Shown here: one piece after another, positions 26,101-39,760 of the stretch
How the letters are laid out: each line of letters opens with the position of its first letter
Position numbering within the stretch: position 1 is the stretch's first letter
Origin: Lytechinus pictus
Taxonomy: Eukaryota
Reading direction: 5' to 3'
NCBI RefSeq assembly: GCF_037042905.1
Contig: NC_087252.1
Location: 13,022,001 to 13,086,000, forward strand
Length of the DNA: 64,000 nt
Notes under the pieces: model-generated
What the model saw: the letters and a program-made list of their open reading frames with translations, nothing else
Databases searched by the model: none
What the model was told of the DNA's origin: nothing
Translations under genes and position numbers: made by a program

Positions 26101-26295
26101 TGGGAAACTGCATTAAAAATGCCGCCATTTTGTTTATGCCGATTTGAGGATGAAAACGTCGGAATCAAGTTTGGCAAACAGCATTTTTGGATTCAGCACC
26201 CCTGAATTACTTTAAAACTATTGATAAATCAGCATTAACACAAAATGCCTAAAGCACTTTTTCTGAGCACATATTTTAAAATCTGGACCTGACTA
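23118..26295. mobile_element. ~3.2-kb non-autonomous DNA transposon with long imperfect TIRs (Academ-like)
   Basis: Left GTCAGGTCGAGATTT..TAGGCA..GTGTTAATGCTGA..CTGAGTCCAAA..TGCTGTTTGCCA matches the reverse complement of the right end TAGTCAGGTCCAGATTT..TAGGCA..GTGTTAATGCTGA..CTGAATCCAAA..TGCTGTTTGCCA over ~110-120 bp. The TAG terminus suggests Academ; superfamily tentative. Confidence 0.7.
23560..24830. repeat. ~180-bp tandem repeat (about 7 units) inside the TIR element
   Basis: Recurring TGTCCAAAAATCCAAGATGGCTTCCAAAATGGAGTCTAAAAT and AACCCATGGTTTAAAGGGTCAAG at ~180-bp spacing. Confidence 0.85.
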
Positions 26296-26950
26296 ATATA
26301 AAATATTTCAGTTCGCGATCGAGATGTTTATTACTTATCTCATTCCAGATAACAAACAGTGAAAAGAATGCCTTGATTTGTGATCTGAATATCAAGTCCC
26401 GTCAAAGTTTATCAGCTCGCGCTGCGCACTCGCATTCTGATAAGAGAGATATGTATCCTCTTCATGAATTCCTTCAAACAGTTCGACTTGGAAATGTCCC
26501 ATTTTATATCAGTATATAAAAATTCTGACTCCGCTTCGTGGTTGCTTTAATGAGATATATGTATATAGTGGCGTAATTAGCCAAAATATTTGAGGGGGCT
26601 AGATATGGCTTATCGCGTAAAATTTATAAGAAGTTGTGAGCAAGGAAAAAATTTCGACAATTTTTTTCTGTTTTTTTTCCTTCTTTGGGTCATGAAAAAT
26701 TGGGGGCAAGAGCCCCTGCAAGCCCCCGTCTGTATGCCAGTGCATGTATATCTCTTCACAATTTTCTTACATTGCTTTTTAATAGCAAGAATTCCCTTTT
26801 CTGGTTAATATATAAAAAAATATTGCCTCGTGCATCGAGCTCGCATCATCATGTTTCCTTATGTGCGCATTATTTTCTTTATTATAAAACATGTATAAAA
26901 TTTCCCCTTTTCAGGTCAGTATATGAAAGATTTTTTGTATCAGTCACCGG
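26296..26950. repeat. Degenerate GCTCGC-motif repeat (right piece), with a small MITE at ~26567-26742
   Basis: Units such as CAGCTCGCGCTGCGCACTCGCATT. MITE ends TAGTGGCGTA / TATGCCAGTG. Confidence 0.5.
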
Positions 26951-27645
26951 ACAGGCCTTTATATTCCACCCCTCCCCCCCCCGAAAAAAAATTAATTAAT
27001 TAATTAATTGATTGATTAATTAATTAATTGATTGATTAATTAATTAATTAATTAATTAATTAATAGAAATAAATTGAATAAAAAATTTGTAATAATAATA
27101 GTAGTAATAATAATTATAAAACAAATAAAGAATAATTAAAATGCTCTGATTTTTTTCAAATTTGCAACCCCTCCCTCCTACAAATTCTGTTTTCATCACT
27201 AGAGCTTTAATACTGCCCATGCCATTTTAGGGACTGTACGTTTTTTAACCAAATTATCTGTGTGTGTTTTTTTTTTTCAATTTATATGCAGATAAACAAT
27301 TTTCTTCAGGTACTGATAGCCTTCCCTCAACAAGTCATCAATTCATCTCAAACTTTCGTGCTGCAGATGAGGGTAATATTCAAGGAAATGAAATCGTGAA
27401 TGAGAAGAATGTTACATACAATATTGGGTAGGTTTGGATACAAGACCTGTTGTCAATTTCGTAAAGATATGCAACTATTTTTTAATTCGCTATTATTGTT
27501 AATTCGCCACTATTGTACCTTCCATGGAAACCTTGATTGTGATTAGCTTCTGAGCCCTGTTTCCGTGGCAGTTACCCTAACGTCATGACGACAATGTTAC
27601 AATAGTTGTAACTTATGAAACGGGGGCCCCAAGATAAAAATTAGT

Positions 27646-27930
27646 GGGAGCATCGTGGTCTAGAGGTTACGATTCTCGTCTTTCAATCAGAGGGACGTGG
27701 GTTCGAAACCCAGCCATTGCGTGTTTTCCTTCAGCTAGAAATTTACCCGCATTGTGCTGCACTCAACCCAGGTCAGGAGAATTGGTACCCGGTAGGATTT
27801 ATTACTGAAAGCTTTAGCGCCTATATGGCGGCTCAGCTACAGCCGGGGTGATACCAAGTATCAAGCCCAGTAGAGTATATGCAATTTTATTAGCTGCGCT
27901 ATATAAATGGACCATATTATTTTTATTATT
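27646..27930 (+). mobile_element. tRNA-derived SINE
   Basis: A-box TGGTCTAGAGG and B-box GGTTCGAAACCC, the same core as 9720-9982, and an AT-rich tail. Confidence 0.85.
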
Positions 27931-28110
27931 AAAGTGTTTGTTTTCTTTTATTTCCCTCTTTTTCGAAAGCGCCTGATAGACCAGCATACAAGGATATGGT
28001 CATAGTTACTATCATTCCCGATATGATTTGGATGTAGTCATTTTTCAGATATGAAGGTGGTGAAAGGGGCACATTGATTCTGTGTCAAGAAGCTTGTAAG
28101 CTTTCCTGAT

Positions 28111-31100
28111 TAGAGATTCTGGGTGCTGCTCTCGCCATCAACAGTAAATCTTAACGATAAATTTTGTCCTTTCTCTGAAAATAAAAGAGCCTATTTCATA
28201 TTTTTATTGAAGTTGGACATAAACCGCTTTTGTTACTTGGTGCTTTGTTAATCGTGATGTCGCTTAATTGCATAGTTTCGGACGGGAGCAATCGCCCGAA
28301 TAATGGATTGTTGCGTTATACTCGCAATGAACTTTTCAAGTTACGGAATAGTTTACAGCCAGTACCCCATTTACCACAAGATGTCTTTTTTACAATACAT
28401 ACTCTTGGTATTGCACGCAGAAAAAGAGGATGTCGGGCTGGCAAGAAAACAAGACGGAAAATAAGCGTAGTACTTGATATGTATTCTCGTCAACTGTTCT
28501 TTCCACAATCTAAAAGAGAAAGAACTTTAATTCATGTTAAGACTGGTGGTGGTTCGTCAGCATTGCCCTCAATACTACTTCTAAATGCCAGGTCATTGTG
28601 CAACAAATTTGACGATTTTGAGGCAACTGTTGTCTCCCAGTACAGTGGTATCAGTTTAATCGCAGTAACTGAAACTTGGTTCACTCCTGACAAGCCATCA
28701 TCTTGCTTTGACTTACATGAATTCACTTTACATCGGGGTGACCGTGTGGATCGAACTGGAGGGGGTGTCGCGTTGTACTGTAGAAATGACATAAAATCAC
28801 GTCTGGTGTACAACGATTTGCTTCCATCATACCTGGAAATTATTTGGGTAAAACTGAGTTCATCTTCGACTGTTCATCTAGCGAAGAACATTTATGCTTG
28901 TGTTGTGTATGCTCCGCTTCGTTCTCCGTATCGTCAGGAAATAACTGAGCACATTATCAAAATGACTGATTTGAACAACTCTACAGAGGAAGCCTTGATC
29001 CTAGTCATGGGAGATTATAATGATCTCGTCACAGATGTCATTGAACAGAATGCTCTTTTGACACAGGTAGTTACCGAACCAACCAGGGGTGATTCAGTTT
29101 TGGATAAAATCCTGACTAACATCCCTGACTTGTTTGAAGACCCTGTGATACATGCCCCGATTGCTTCTTGTGACCACCGAGTTAATGTTATGCGCCCACA
29201 TGACTGTATACAACCTCTCAAGACTTCCAAGTTAAAAATACGACCCTTTCGTGATTCTTCTGTTCGGGAGTTTGGGCAATGGATCACCGACTTTAGCTGG
29301 GAAGAGCTTAACGCCACTTGTGATCCTGACGAAATGGTAGATATTCTCCACTGTACGCTCATGACGCAGTACACATGTTGCTTTCCTGAGAAATCTTTTA
29401 AACGGAGAGAAAGAGACAAACTGTGGTTCAATATAAAAATTCGAAGTCTGATTAACCAGCGTGAACTAGCTCATAGAAGTAGAAAGTTTGATCGATACCA
29501 TCAACTAAGGAATAAAGTTCAACGTGAAATTAGCAGAGCTAAATCAACCTATTTCCGTAACAAGGTCGAGCATCTGAAACAATCAGAACCAGGAAAGTGG
29601 CACAGACAGATACGGTCTCTTACTGGAATGACCAAGAAGCCGTCATTTTCCCTGGGTCCTGAGGATGAATCCCCTCGTCAGATAGCAGAGAATCTTAATG
29701 TTCATTTTTCCCAAGTCTGCAACGTGTTGCCTGCATTAGACTTGTCAGCCCTCCCAGCGTATCTCCCAGCCCCTTCATCCCCGCCGGTAATCCAGGAACA
29801 TGAGGTCTATAAGCGTCTTAAACGCCTCAACTCATCGAAGGCACCTCATCCCAATGATGTTCCTACTCGTCTATTCAAGGAATTCGCATTGGAAATTTCA
29901 GGACCGTTGAGCAAGATATTCAATGAATGCCTGAAAGTCGGTTATTTCCCTGCGAAATGGAAGTGTGCATCGGTTTGCGCTGTTCCTAAAACTCAACGAG
30001 TCACCTGCCTTGACCACCTTCGTCCAATCTCGATCACCTCTGTCCTGTCGAGATTATTTGAGAGCTTTCTAGCAGACTGGTTGATGACTGATCTCAGGCC
30101 TCACATTGATCCTTCTCAATATGGCAATATGAAAGGAAGCTCAATCAATCATTATCTTGTAGATATGCTGGATCTCATCTACAGGAGTTTGGAACGCAGT
30201 GGATGTTACGCCAACATTTGTACAATTGATTTCACAAAGGCCTTTGACCTTGTCAATCACACCAAGGTTATTGAAAAGCTGATCAATCTGGGAGTAGATG
30301 CTTCTGTTTTACCTACCGTCTGTAGTTTTTTTGTCGGAGCGTTATCAAATGGTTCGACATCAGGGATACTCATCTAGTCATCTGCGTCTCTCTTGCGGAG
30401 TGCCCCAGGGTACGAAATTTGGGCCTATCCTCTTCCTGGTACTCGTCAATGATGCTGCTATAAGTACAAGGTATCGATGGAAGTATGTAGACGACTTAAG
30501 CGTTGTGGAGGTTTTACCAAAGAACCAGCAAAGCTCCATGAAGGACCATGTTAATTTGCTGAGTCAAAGGTGCATCTCAAATGACGTTACGCCTAAACCC
30601 GAAAAGTGCAAAGTCATGCAAGTGTCCTTCCTGAAGGTCCCTCCACCCCAGCTAGACATCACAATCAAGGATGTTCACTTGGAATGTGTCAACTCGTTAA
30701 CCCTTCTTGGTGTGATGATTTGTTCGGATGGGGGATGATCAAGTCCAACACATGATTTCACGCTCTTCAAGAAGACTGTATATCCTCTGCATTCTAAAGA
30801 AATTTGGTGTTGATAAGCATGATCTCGTAAATATCTACAAAGTGTACATTCGTCAACTGTTGGAGTTTGGTGTTCCGGTTTGGGGATCTGCAATCACTAA
30901 AACACAAAGTGACGAAATTGAAAGACTCCAAAAACGAGCTCTTCGTATGATTTTGTATCCGTCATCTCTTTCATACTCTCAACAACTCACTCTTTTTGGC
31001 CTCCCTTCATTATGTGAACGCAGAAAGGATCTCATATTGAGTTTTTGGACTTGGTCTTCTCAAATCTCACCGCCATCGAGACATGTTACCCCCCACACGT

Positions 31101-31667
31101 CAATTTGTTTCGCGACACAGTTCGGCCTTACGTAATGCGCATCTTCTGGACTTACCGCGATGCAGAACTCAGAGATACAAGAACTCAACTATCCCTCATG
31201 TCACAGCATTATTGAATGCTGCTCTGTGATATGTGCCTCTTTATATGCCATTAAACTCAATGTCAACCCTTGTTCATGTTCGTATATAATTTATGTGTAA
31301 AAGTATGACATTGTTTTCTTCCCTTCACCCTTCACCTCCTTTTTCATAATTTACAAGTCCCCCCCCCCCCTCAGTTTACATTGAAATCAATCAACATAAT
31401 ACATATCCCAATATCTTTGTGTGTTTTTTATCGGTCATTCTATTTTCTCTTTATATAGCATTATCCCCTTAATTCTTGATTATATTTCTGAACCTCGAGT
31501 GCAATATTTAATCTTACTATTATGTTCTTATTATATTTTGTTAATTCGTAGGTATATAATTTAATGTACCTACTTTGTATGTGTCAGTCTTCGGACTGTT
31601 TTACAATGTCTTTCATAATAAACCGAATTGAATTGAAAAAAATTGAATTGAATTGAATTGAATTGAT
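28111..31667 (+). mobile_element. Near full-length single-ORF CR1-group LINE (Rex1/Babar- or Daphne-like), APE-RT
   Basis: 715-aa open frame with RRKRGCRAG, LPSILLLNARSLCNK, AVTETWF, GGGVALY, MGDYN, LDKIL, CDH, LRPISIT, QYG and DFTKAFD. Continues through frameshifts (~30330, ~30730, ~31045) with GVPQGTKFGP and YVDD (30484-30495) to a stop at 31229. Long 3' UTR, AATAAA and (GAATT)n tail. TGAT at both junctions. Confidence 0.92.
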
Positions 31668-32649
31668 GGTAATCAAGTGCCACTGGTCATGTAGCGTCAT
31701 TCGGGTAACATTTGGGATCCGCGGAAGAACATTCTGTTGGCCGGGGAAGGTTCCTTGCTAAAGTAAAGGAAATAATTTAAACTTTATTTTTGTATTGCCA
31801 TTGAAATACTTAACCAAGGGACTGGTTTACATTCCACATTTTCAAGATGATTCAAAAATCATAAGTTACTTTTCTGTGAAGATCGAATATGATGGTAATC
31901 ATAATAGATGAATGTTATTTCAAGTCAATTTGTCTAGGTCAGAGGTATTTTCGGGTCATAAAACATTGATGAAAGTTACATATTATTTGAAAAAAAAGAT
32001 ATTAAAAGAAATTAAATTAAATTAAACATGTGTAAGATGTGTACTTCAGCCCAGTGGAGGTGGTCATCTCCCTTCTGCCCAAATTGGGGAATAAAACTAA
32101 TAATTGGGTAATAGATTTGCTCAATGGGATAATTTCCCAGAATATTAGACCTTAAAAGGGGTAATCACTTTTAGTAGTCATGAAAAGGAAGCATATGTCA
32201 CGAAATTTATCAATAATGCCTACCAATAATAATAATATATACTGTATATAATGTGTGTGTGTGTGTATGTGTGTGTGTGTGTGTGTGTATGTATATATAT
32301 TTTACCAACATACATTACCCAACACAGTGGACAGTATGTTGCCCAACATTTTAAGTGTGGAGGATATATATTTGGTGTATATTGACTTGAAAACGTGATG
32401 TTTTGTAGTACAACAGGATTGTTTATCTCATTGAACAGACAATGCGAACAGCAATAATGTTTCATAAAGTTATGAACAAAATCTGATGTAGTATAATTAA
32501 ATATCTAAAACATAATATAGTATCCAATCATTTCTTCTTCCCCCACTACGTTCCCTCTTTTTTGTCCTTTTTTTTTTTGTTGTTTTTTGGGCTGGTCGAT
32601 TGGGGAGCACGTGCCCCCCCCCCCCCCCCCCTTAGTTACGCCACTGGTT

Positions 32650-34160
32650 ATCTATATCCGCCTAACAATTTTGCTACAAAGAGCTTGAAATACAGAGCTT
32701 AAATGTATCCTTTTTCAGATCGGAATATCAAATATTTTAAGCTCGGGCTTCACGCTCGGTTTGGTGTGCCCCCCAGCCCCCCCCCCCCCCTGAAAAAAAT
32801 TGGCAGAGCAAAAACAAGGGGAGAAAGAAAGAAAAAAAGGGGAATATTAAAGAAAAAAAGAAGAGGAAATTAAGAGGAAGAAGTCTAGTGAATAAAATAA
32901 GGCGAGAGGAAGAAAAATCTTTCACGTCAGTGTATAAAATTTTCGCTCGCGCTCGCATTGCCTGTTCTATGAGATTCATATCTTGCTCAATATAGGCTGA
33001 TATGGTTTTGAAGTCAATATACAAAGTATATTTCAGCTGGGATATCGAGCTTTCATTATTTTCTTTATTCACAAATTGATTTTTTTCAGGTGCTCTGTAA
33101 AATGTCCGTTTTATGGTAAACATTTTCAGCTCACGCTGCGCGGTCGCATTATTTGATAAGCAAAGTTCCTATTGTCTTCGAGTATTCCATAAAGTTCTCG
33201 AAACATCCCTTTTCAGATGTGATTGTAAAAATGTAGGCCTACCAGCTAGCGCGCGCATTTTAATTGATGAGTTATGTATACCTCTTTATCAATTCTATAA
33301 CAATCTACTTAAAATCCCATCTTCATTACAGTTCATAACAAAAAACAAATTCGGCTCACTATTTGCGCTTGCATGAATGTTAAAAATGTATTGACCCATG
33401 CGTCCAATTCATTCACTACAAAAAGCTTAATATGTCCAGTTTTTCAAGCTTTGATAATCAACAAATTCCACGCTCTCATTAAGCATATTATATTAATGAA
33501 TAAAAAAATATTTTCAATTCCTATAACTAAATTTGCCCTTTTTCAGAATGGCATATCGGCAAGTTTCATCTCGCGCTTAGAAGTAATAGGAAGATAGTCA
33601 TCATTTCCATACATGATGACAAAATGTCCTTAGAATGTCCCGGTCCTTGGTCAAAATAATAATACAAAAATATTAGCTAGCGCTTCGCTTGCATCATTTA
33701 TTAAGTGTGATCCACAAATTCCACATCCACTTCACAATTTTCCTACACGGTGCTTGAAACAGTGCTTAAATTGACCCTATTTAAGATCGAAATATAAATT
33801 TGTTCAGCTCACGTTTCGAGCTGGCATTATTGATCTATAGGAGTAAAAAAAAATATACAGAATGTCCAGATTCTAGGTCTAAATCTAAAACAGGTTCTCG
33901 CATGTTTATTGATATAGGCAGCTTGTTCTTTATTTAAATTATCCAGTTCCAGATCAGAATATCAATAATTCTCTGCTCGCGCTTCACGCTCGCATTATTA
34001 ATGTAGGGAGATACCAAATTAACCATCCTTTTCATGATTACAAAACATGAATAGAGTGTCCTGTTTTTAGGTCTTAAATCTAAATTTTCTTCCGCTCGCG
34101 TTTCGCGCTCACATCAAGTTTTTACATATCTATCCCTTTCATGATTACGAAAAGTGCTTA
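32650..34160. repeat. Degenerate ~90-100-bp tandem array with GCTCGCGCTT..CGCTCGCATT motif
   Basis: Over a dozen recurrences of TTTCAGxTC..AAT..AAAATTTT..GCTCGCGC..CGCTCGCATT variants. Confidence 0.7.
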
Positions 34161-34599
34161 GAATTATTTTTAAAAAATTAGGTTGGAATGCCTTCATTTT
34201 ACATTCAACATACTCAGTGAATGTCTCTCTAATTCTGTTTTTATGTCACACAGCACATATTACAACAGTAGAAGCAGCAGCAGCGATGGCACTGGATAGA
34301 ATAGGGATACAACTGATGAGAGTGAGAAGAGCCCTCCAAGAAAAAAGAGAAAGAGCAACCACGAATCAATTGGATAATAGGATCTGCCATAATTAATTTT
34401 AATAAGATCCAGCCAGGATCTAAGATTACCCTTTCCTACTAGAACATCTAGTTCTTCTAATGAATCAGGGGGTATTTCATAACGAAAATCAGTTTTTTTT
34501 TAATAATCATCATCCAAATATTAGACTTTTTACCGTAATCGAAATCTGGAAGACATTACAGGTGGTGTATCTAGTCGTACATAAACTGACTTTGGAGTT

Positions 34600-35633
34600 C
34601 AGGGGCCCGTTTCTCAACACCGTCATAAGTCTAACTTCTTGACTAACTCGGAGATAGTGAGCCACTTGTCCGCTTACCGTTTCACGAAGCCCTCTTTACC
34701 AAGATCGGGTACAACAACCTCACTAAATATTTATGACACCTCCGCACCTGTCATAACTTCTTTCTTAATGACGTAGTGGCATCACGTGGGTAGACTATGA
34801 CATGCAAAAGTGCCTAGGAGTTTTTTAAATGATAATCTTACGTAATCAATCATAGAGGTTGAAATTACATCACAAAACAAGTGGGTTAATGCATTCAATG
34901 ATAATTGTAATACAAAGAAACTATGAAAACTGTTGGTAAAACGCCACAAAACCATTCATTTTGAAATAGTGAAATGATTTAATCGATAAAGATTCTACCA
35001 CGTCAGGCCATCCATAACTGAACTCGTATTTGTTGTTTTCAGACCCCTATTAACAGTTGGATAAATTCTATCTCTAATTTATGCATATGATTTGTCAAAT
35101 ATCGTATGTTTCGGTATCAATGATTAAAATGTTTCGTTAAACTATATTTTGTTGACATTCAGAATCTTAAAAGACCGCATAATTATCATCATTTTACAAA
35201 GAAAACCATTATGATTTACTTTCGTAAACTATTAAAATTTGATATCCCGGGGGTACCCATCTCAACTTCCACAAGTGATTTTTTAGTCATGAAATGAATT
35301 ATTCATAATTTAATTTTCTCTGCAATTGAATGCTCAAGTCTTCATGGTCTAAGTATGTATGATGCATAATTCACCTGTGCTATTATTTTGAAAAGATTTA
35401 TTTCCCAATTTATCACAATATTTGCAAGTTTGTCATAATTTTTCTTTTGGAATATTATGCTATTTTGTGACTAAGGCTACGTGTCGTTTGCTCTTTTTAC
35501 CGATAGTATCGATATCTAGGTATTCTAGTTAGGAAGCCTTTCGAGAAACAGGTTTAGTAAGATTGGAACTAACTCCGTGGTTGGTGGATAAAGATATGAC
35601 TAACTTGTCCATGTGTTGAGAAACGGGCCCCTG
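34600..35633. mobile_element. ~1-kb non-autonomous PIF/Harbinger-like element
   Basis: Perfect 21-bp inverted ends CAGGGGCCCGTTTCTCAACAC (34600-34620) and GTGTTGAGAAACGGGCCCCTG (35613-35633). CWG-type flanks; no ORF. Confidence 0.85.
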
Positions 35634-36545
35634 GAGACAAAAAAACATGTAACAAATGTGATTGATTTAGTTTGAATTAAATGAAATATAGTAAAGCGTT
35701 ATGGTGCAAAAGCGTGATATAATTATTTTGACCACTTTATATCAAGTATTGAGAAAAAAGCTGTTGATCATCTCATTTCGTAGTTTGACCCATTCTTAAA
35801 CCCTACGTACATTTCACAACATTTTCATGAAAAATCTTTTATCTTCCGTTTGTTGAAATAAGGGAACATTGTCACTGATTTTTTTTTTCATTATCTCTAA
35901 GTCGTCTTCCGAATTTGGATGTATTCGAGAGTTTTCCCAATGTTAAACTCGCGTCAATAGGGTGATGAATTCATGATTATGCCCTAAAATACATCCCATG
36001 ATCTATGCTGTATTTTGCCAATATTGATACTTGGTTTTATTGTAAGCTTCCAGTGAACAGAGACTGTAGTGTAGTATTCTGAAACCACTTGTATATAACA
36101 TTGATATATTCACTGTTTTGTTCATGTTCGTCATGAAGGAGAATATCACACCCTACACTGTATTATGAATAGCGTCGGGGAAAAATCCATTCATTGTATA
36201 ATTATTTGTTTTGACTTCGTCTGGGAGAAAGTCAAAGCTTCTTTTATTTCATTATTTAGCATATTATGAATGAGATAATTACTTCATTCACAATCTATTC
36301 CTTTGTGACTGGAGAAAATGATTGTAAATGTGGTTTGTGTATTATGAATTCTCCTTATTGTTATGGTAGATATACTATTAATATCTTATTTCTGGTTTAA
36401 ATGTCATGTTTTAAATTATGTCTTTATACAAGACACAATAAACAACTAGTCGTCTTCCGATTCTCATTCACTTTATTTCCACAATTCTTCTTTGTCTTGC
36501 CCGAAGCTGTAAAACTCATAAACGCCCCCCCCAAAAAAAAAAAAA

Positions 36546-36601
<56 letters not shown>

Positions 36602-39379
36602 TAATAATAATTATAATAATAATAATAAATGAATAAAGAAAGAAAGAAATATAGAAATAAAGAAATGAATAAATAAGTAAATAAATAAATGAAAACATAA
36701 TAATAATAATAACATTAAAGAAAAAACTGTCATCAATCCAGCATGGCCTTTTATTCTGCTATTCAAAATGAAATTAATTGTATATCTCTTAAATTCCCAA
36801 TCTTGTTGAGCCCCATTGCAAATTTCCACTCATAGTTCCTTTCGGAAGTGAAGTACACAATCAAGGTACAAGAATATGAATATTCCTATTGTCCTTTAAA
36901 GAGAAAATTCTCACAATTTCGCTTAATTCACAATCTTGACTCATGATCAATGTGGTACTTTCTGTCCATGGATTTTTTTTTATTATTCATTTATTTCTAA
37001 TTGCTTTTATCTTTGTTTATTCGTGTGATATTTTGTTATGTATTTTGATGTTTCCTGACTATATTTGTATCTTTTTTAAATTGTAAATTGTCTACAAGTC
37101 AGCAAGTGGCTGCGAGGTACATTTTGAAATAAACCATGAATAATAATAATTTTCCATGCCTCTGCCCACCACGGGTGGTGCTGTAAACATTATGTTTCTG
37201 GTTTCTTCGACCGTTTGTCTTTCAAACAGAGACCCATAGGGCAATGTACTTTATACGTATATTACGTCCCGGAAAAACATAACCGATAATTAAAGAATGA
37301 TTTATCACAACCAAGCCACGAATATGAATGGCAAATGACATATCATCATTAAGCTAAAGGCCTCTTTCATATGGTGTAAATCTTCATTTAAGATAATTCT
37401 TCATGGTTAAAAAGCTTGTATCTCTATTAACATTAAACAAAAAAGAAGAAATTTTTTAACAAAATTGGCAATTAGCACGTAAAATTTCTTCGTTTATGAT
37501 TTGATATTCAATATTTTTTTAAGAAACAGAACTTCGTCGCTCCTTGATCATTTTCTTTGATTGAGAAACTATTAAAAAGCAGTATGGAACTCCTGAAATA
37601 GTTGATTTTCTTTTTCAAATTAAGAAACGGTCCGCCAGTCTTCAAACTGTTGTACTGTCGCATGCCTGAAGAATATATTTTAGAATTTACACCAATTTTA
37701 AATGTATATAAAGTCAAAATTTATGAATGCAAAAGTTATAGAATGCTAAATTATTTACATCCAGTTGGGGTAGAAATAGATATTATATACAGGTATGCCC
37801 ATTATTTACATTTTGTGCACATTCTTTTAGACAATTTAACTCAATATAAGGCAAGAAAACTATGTTCAATAAACAATGTTAATTTGAGAAAAAAAAATAA
37901 CCAAGCTCCGACTGAGCGTTCATAATCTACCGATAGAAACAGGGAGGTACAAAAGACGGGAGAAGATAAAACCTAACCTGAGATTTTGGGAAGATTGTAA
38001 TTTGAATTTGGTCGGGGATGAGTTCCACATTATAATGAAATGTAACAAATATGAAGATTTGAGTAAAGATTTTTTTTTTAGATAAATACCTTCGATATTA
38101 GGTTTGTTGAAATGGAGTACCAGGACAAATTTATCTACATCATGAAATTCGAAACTGAAGTTTTGATTAAATCGTTTTGTTTTATATCCAAAACATAATT
38201 GCTATTAGGGGTGATTTCTGAAGATAAAACATCAGCAAGAGTACTAAAGATATCAACCTGAAAACATTCTGTAGTATATACGCAATATTTTTACACATCG
38301 TGTTTACATGTAATGCCATTCTTCTCATTCTTCCCCTCTTTCCCGCTCTCTCTCTATTCTCGAACATCTTTCCTCCTTATTTCCCTTTTCTCTCTCACTT
38401 TCTTTATCTTTTCTGTGCCATCAGTCGTTATCATCGTCAAAATATCTATCCGAATGATTCCTATATTGATTGTATATATATATATATTTATTTATTTATT
38501 CATATGTGTGCGTTTGTGTATATAAGTATGTGTAAATGTATTTATATTATGTATATATATAGGTGTATATGTATATATATATATAATTATGTATATATGT
38601 CCCCTGCATGCTTATCACTCTCTTATATTATTTATGCCATCATGCATTTACTATTTATAAGAAGACATAAGTTGTTTTTCCTTATTTGACGAAATACTAT
38701 TATTTTGTTTTTGTTTATCTGCTTATGTTCCTTGAATTGTATAATTGTTTTGTATTATTATGTACTTCTTGATTTTATCAAAATATTGGCGAATGCCAGT
38801 GGCGTTCTAATAAATTCAATTCACATTCATAAGTAAGTGAGTACATGTATACATGAGTATAATGTTTTGATTGTAAAGCTTGGAAAACAATATTCTCTGT
38901 GATTTACGAAGTGCAGCTTATTTTTTGTAATTTCAGAAATATTTTTAGTACCATTGCTAAAGGTTTAGCGTAGGAAATGTATTTTCTATTATCAGATGTT
39001 ATATAATTTTAAAGCACAATGCCTTTTTAATTGATCATTGCATTTCTCATGATAGTGATCCTATTGATGTAAGGCCTCAGATTTTTGTATATGATGCATA
39101 CATACAATGTAAACTTGATTGTAAAACTTTGAAGACCATATTTTCTACGATTTACCGAGTGCAGCTTTCATTTTTTGTAATTTCCACATATTAATGCATA
39201 CATGTATATAATGTAAATTCGATTGTAAATCTTAGTATTATCTATGATTTACCGTATGCAGCTTAACTTTTTTTGTGATTTCAAAAATATTTTTGAAAAC
39301 CATTCCTAATGATTTTCCTTTGGAAATATATTATCCATTTCTTGATGTTATAAACTTTTAATGCAGTATGACAGAAGTT

Positions 39380-39760
39380 GCAGCAAACAATTACTTTATG
39401 ATAACGTCTGTTAAATCAGATTAATTGTCAAAACATTATCATACATCTAGATCTCGTACATAAATGCAAACTTATCCTTGTAAAATCATCAAATCTCAGC
39501 TCAAAATCGATCATTCTGATGATCACTAACAAAGAAAGAATAAACAAAGACAATGTACTAATATTGCTTCAAAAAATTCCCGACATTTGATGGAATTCCG
39601 TGCTTATTTTGCTCATTTCTCAGCAATAACACATTTTCTTCCAGAGCTATTTGGCACATATTTTTTTTATTTATACATACAAGCACTTTGTTGGTAATTT
39701 TATTGGATTCTGTTCGAACTCATTTTTAGATCGTTACCACGACTAGTATTGATCATCAAT
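39380..39760 (-). mobile_element. Interspersed DNA-element fragment (Kolobok-like), homologous to 51720-52135
   Basis: Shared blocks ..TTTGGCACATA..., TTTTATTGGATTCTGTTCGAACTCATTTTTAGATCGTTACCAC versus TTTTATTAGATTCTCTTCAAACTAATTTTTAGATCATTACCAC. Confidence 0.55.

Larger units (their letters stand above)
27310..31766 (+). pseudogene. Putative exons of an unidentified (pseudo)gene interrupted by the CR1-group LINE
   Basis: AG/GT-bounded 63-nt exon 27310-27372 (TDSLPSTSHQFISNFRAADE), phase-compatible with an exon starting at 28049. Removing the LINE gives DMKVVKGAH*FCVKKLVSFPD|GNQVPLVM*RHSGNIWDPRKNILLAGEGSLLK*. No family recognised. Confidence 0.3.

Noticed and set aside
28075..28077. In-frame TGA as selenocysteine
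   Set aside because: A TAG also interrupts the same frame, there is no CxxU/UxxC motif, and no SECIS was recognised.
36550..36715. Poly-Ile/Leu hydrophobic ORFs
   Set aside because: (TAA)n microsatellite. The IYIY ORFs elsewhere are likewise (TA)n.
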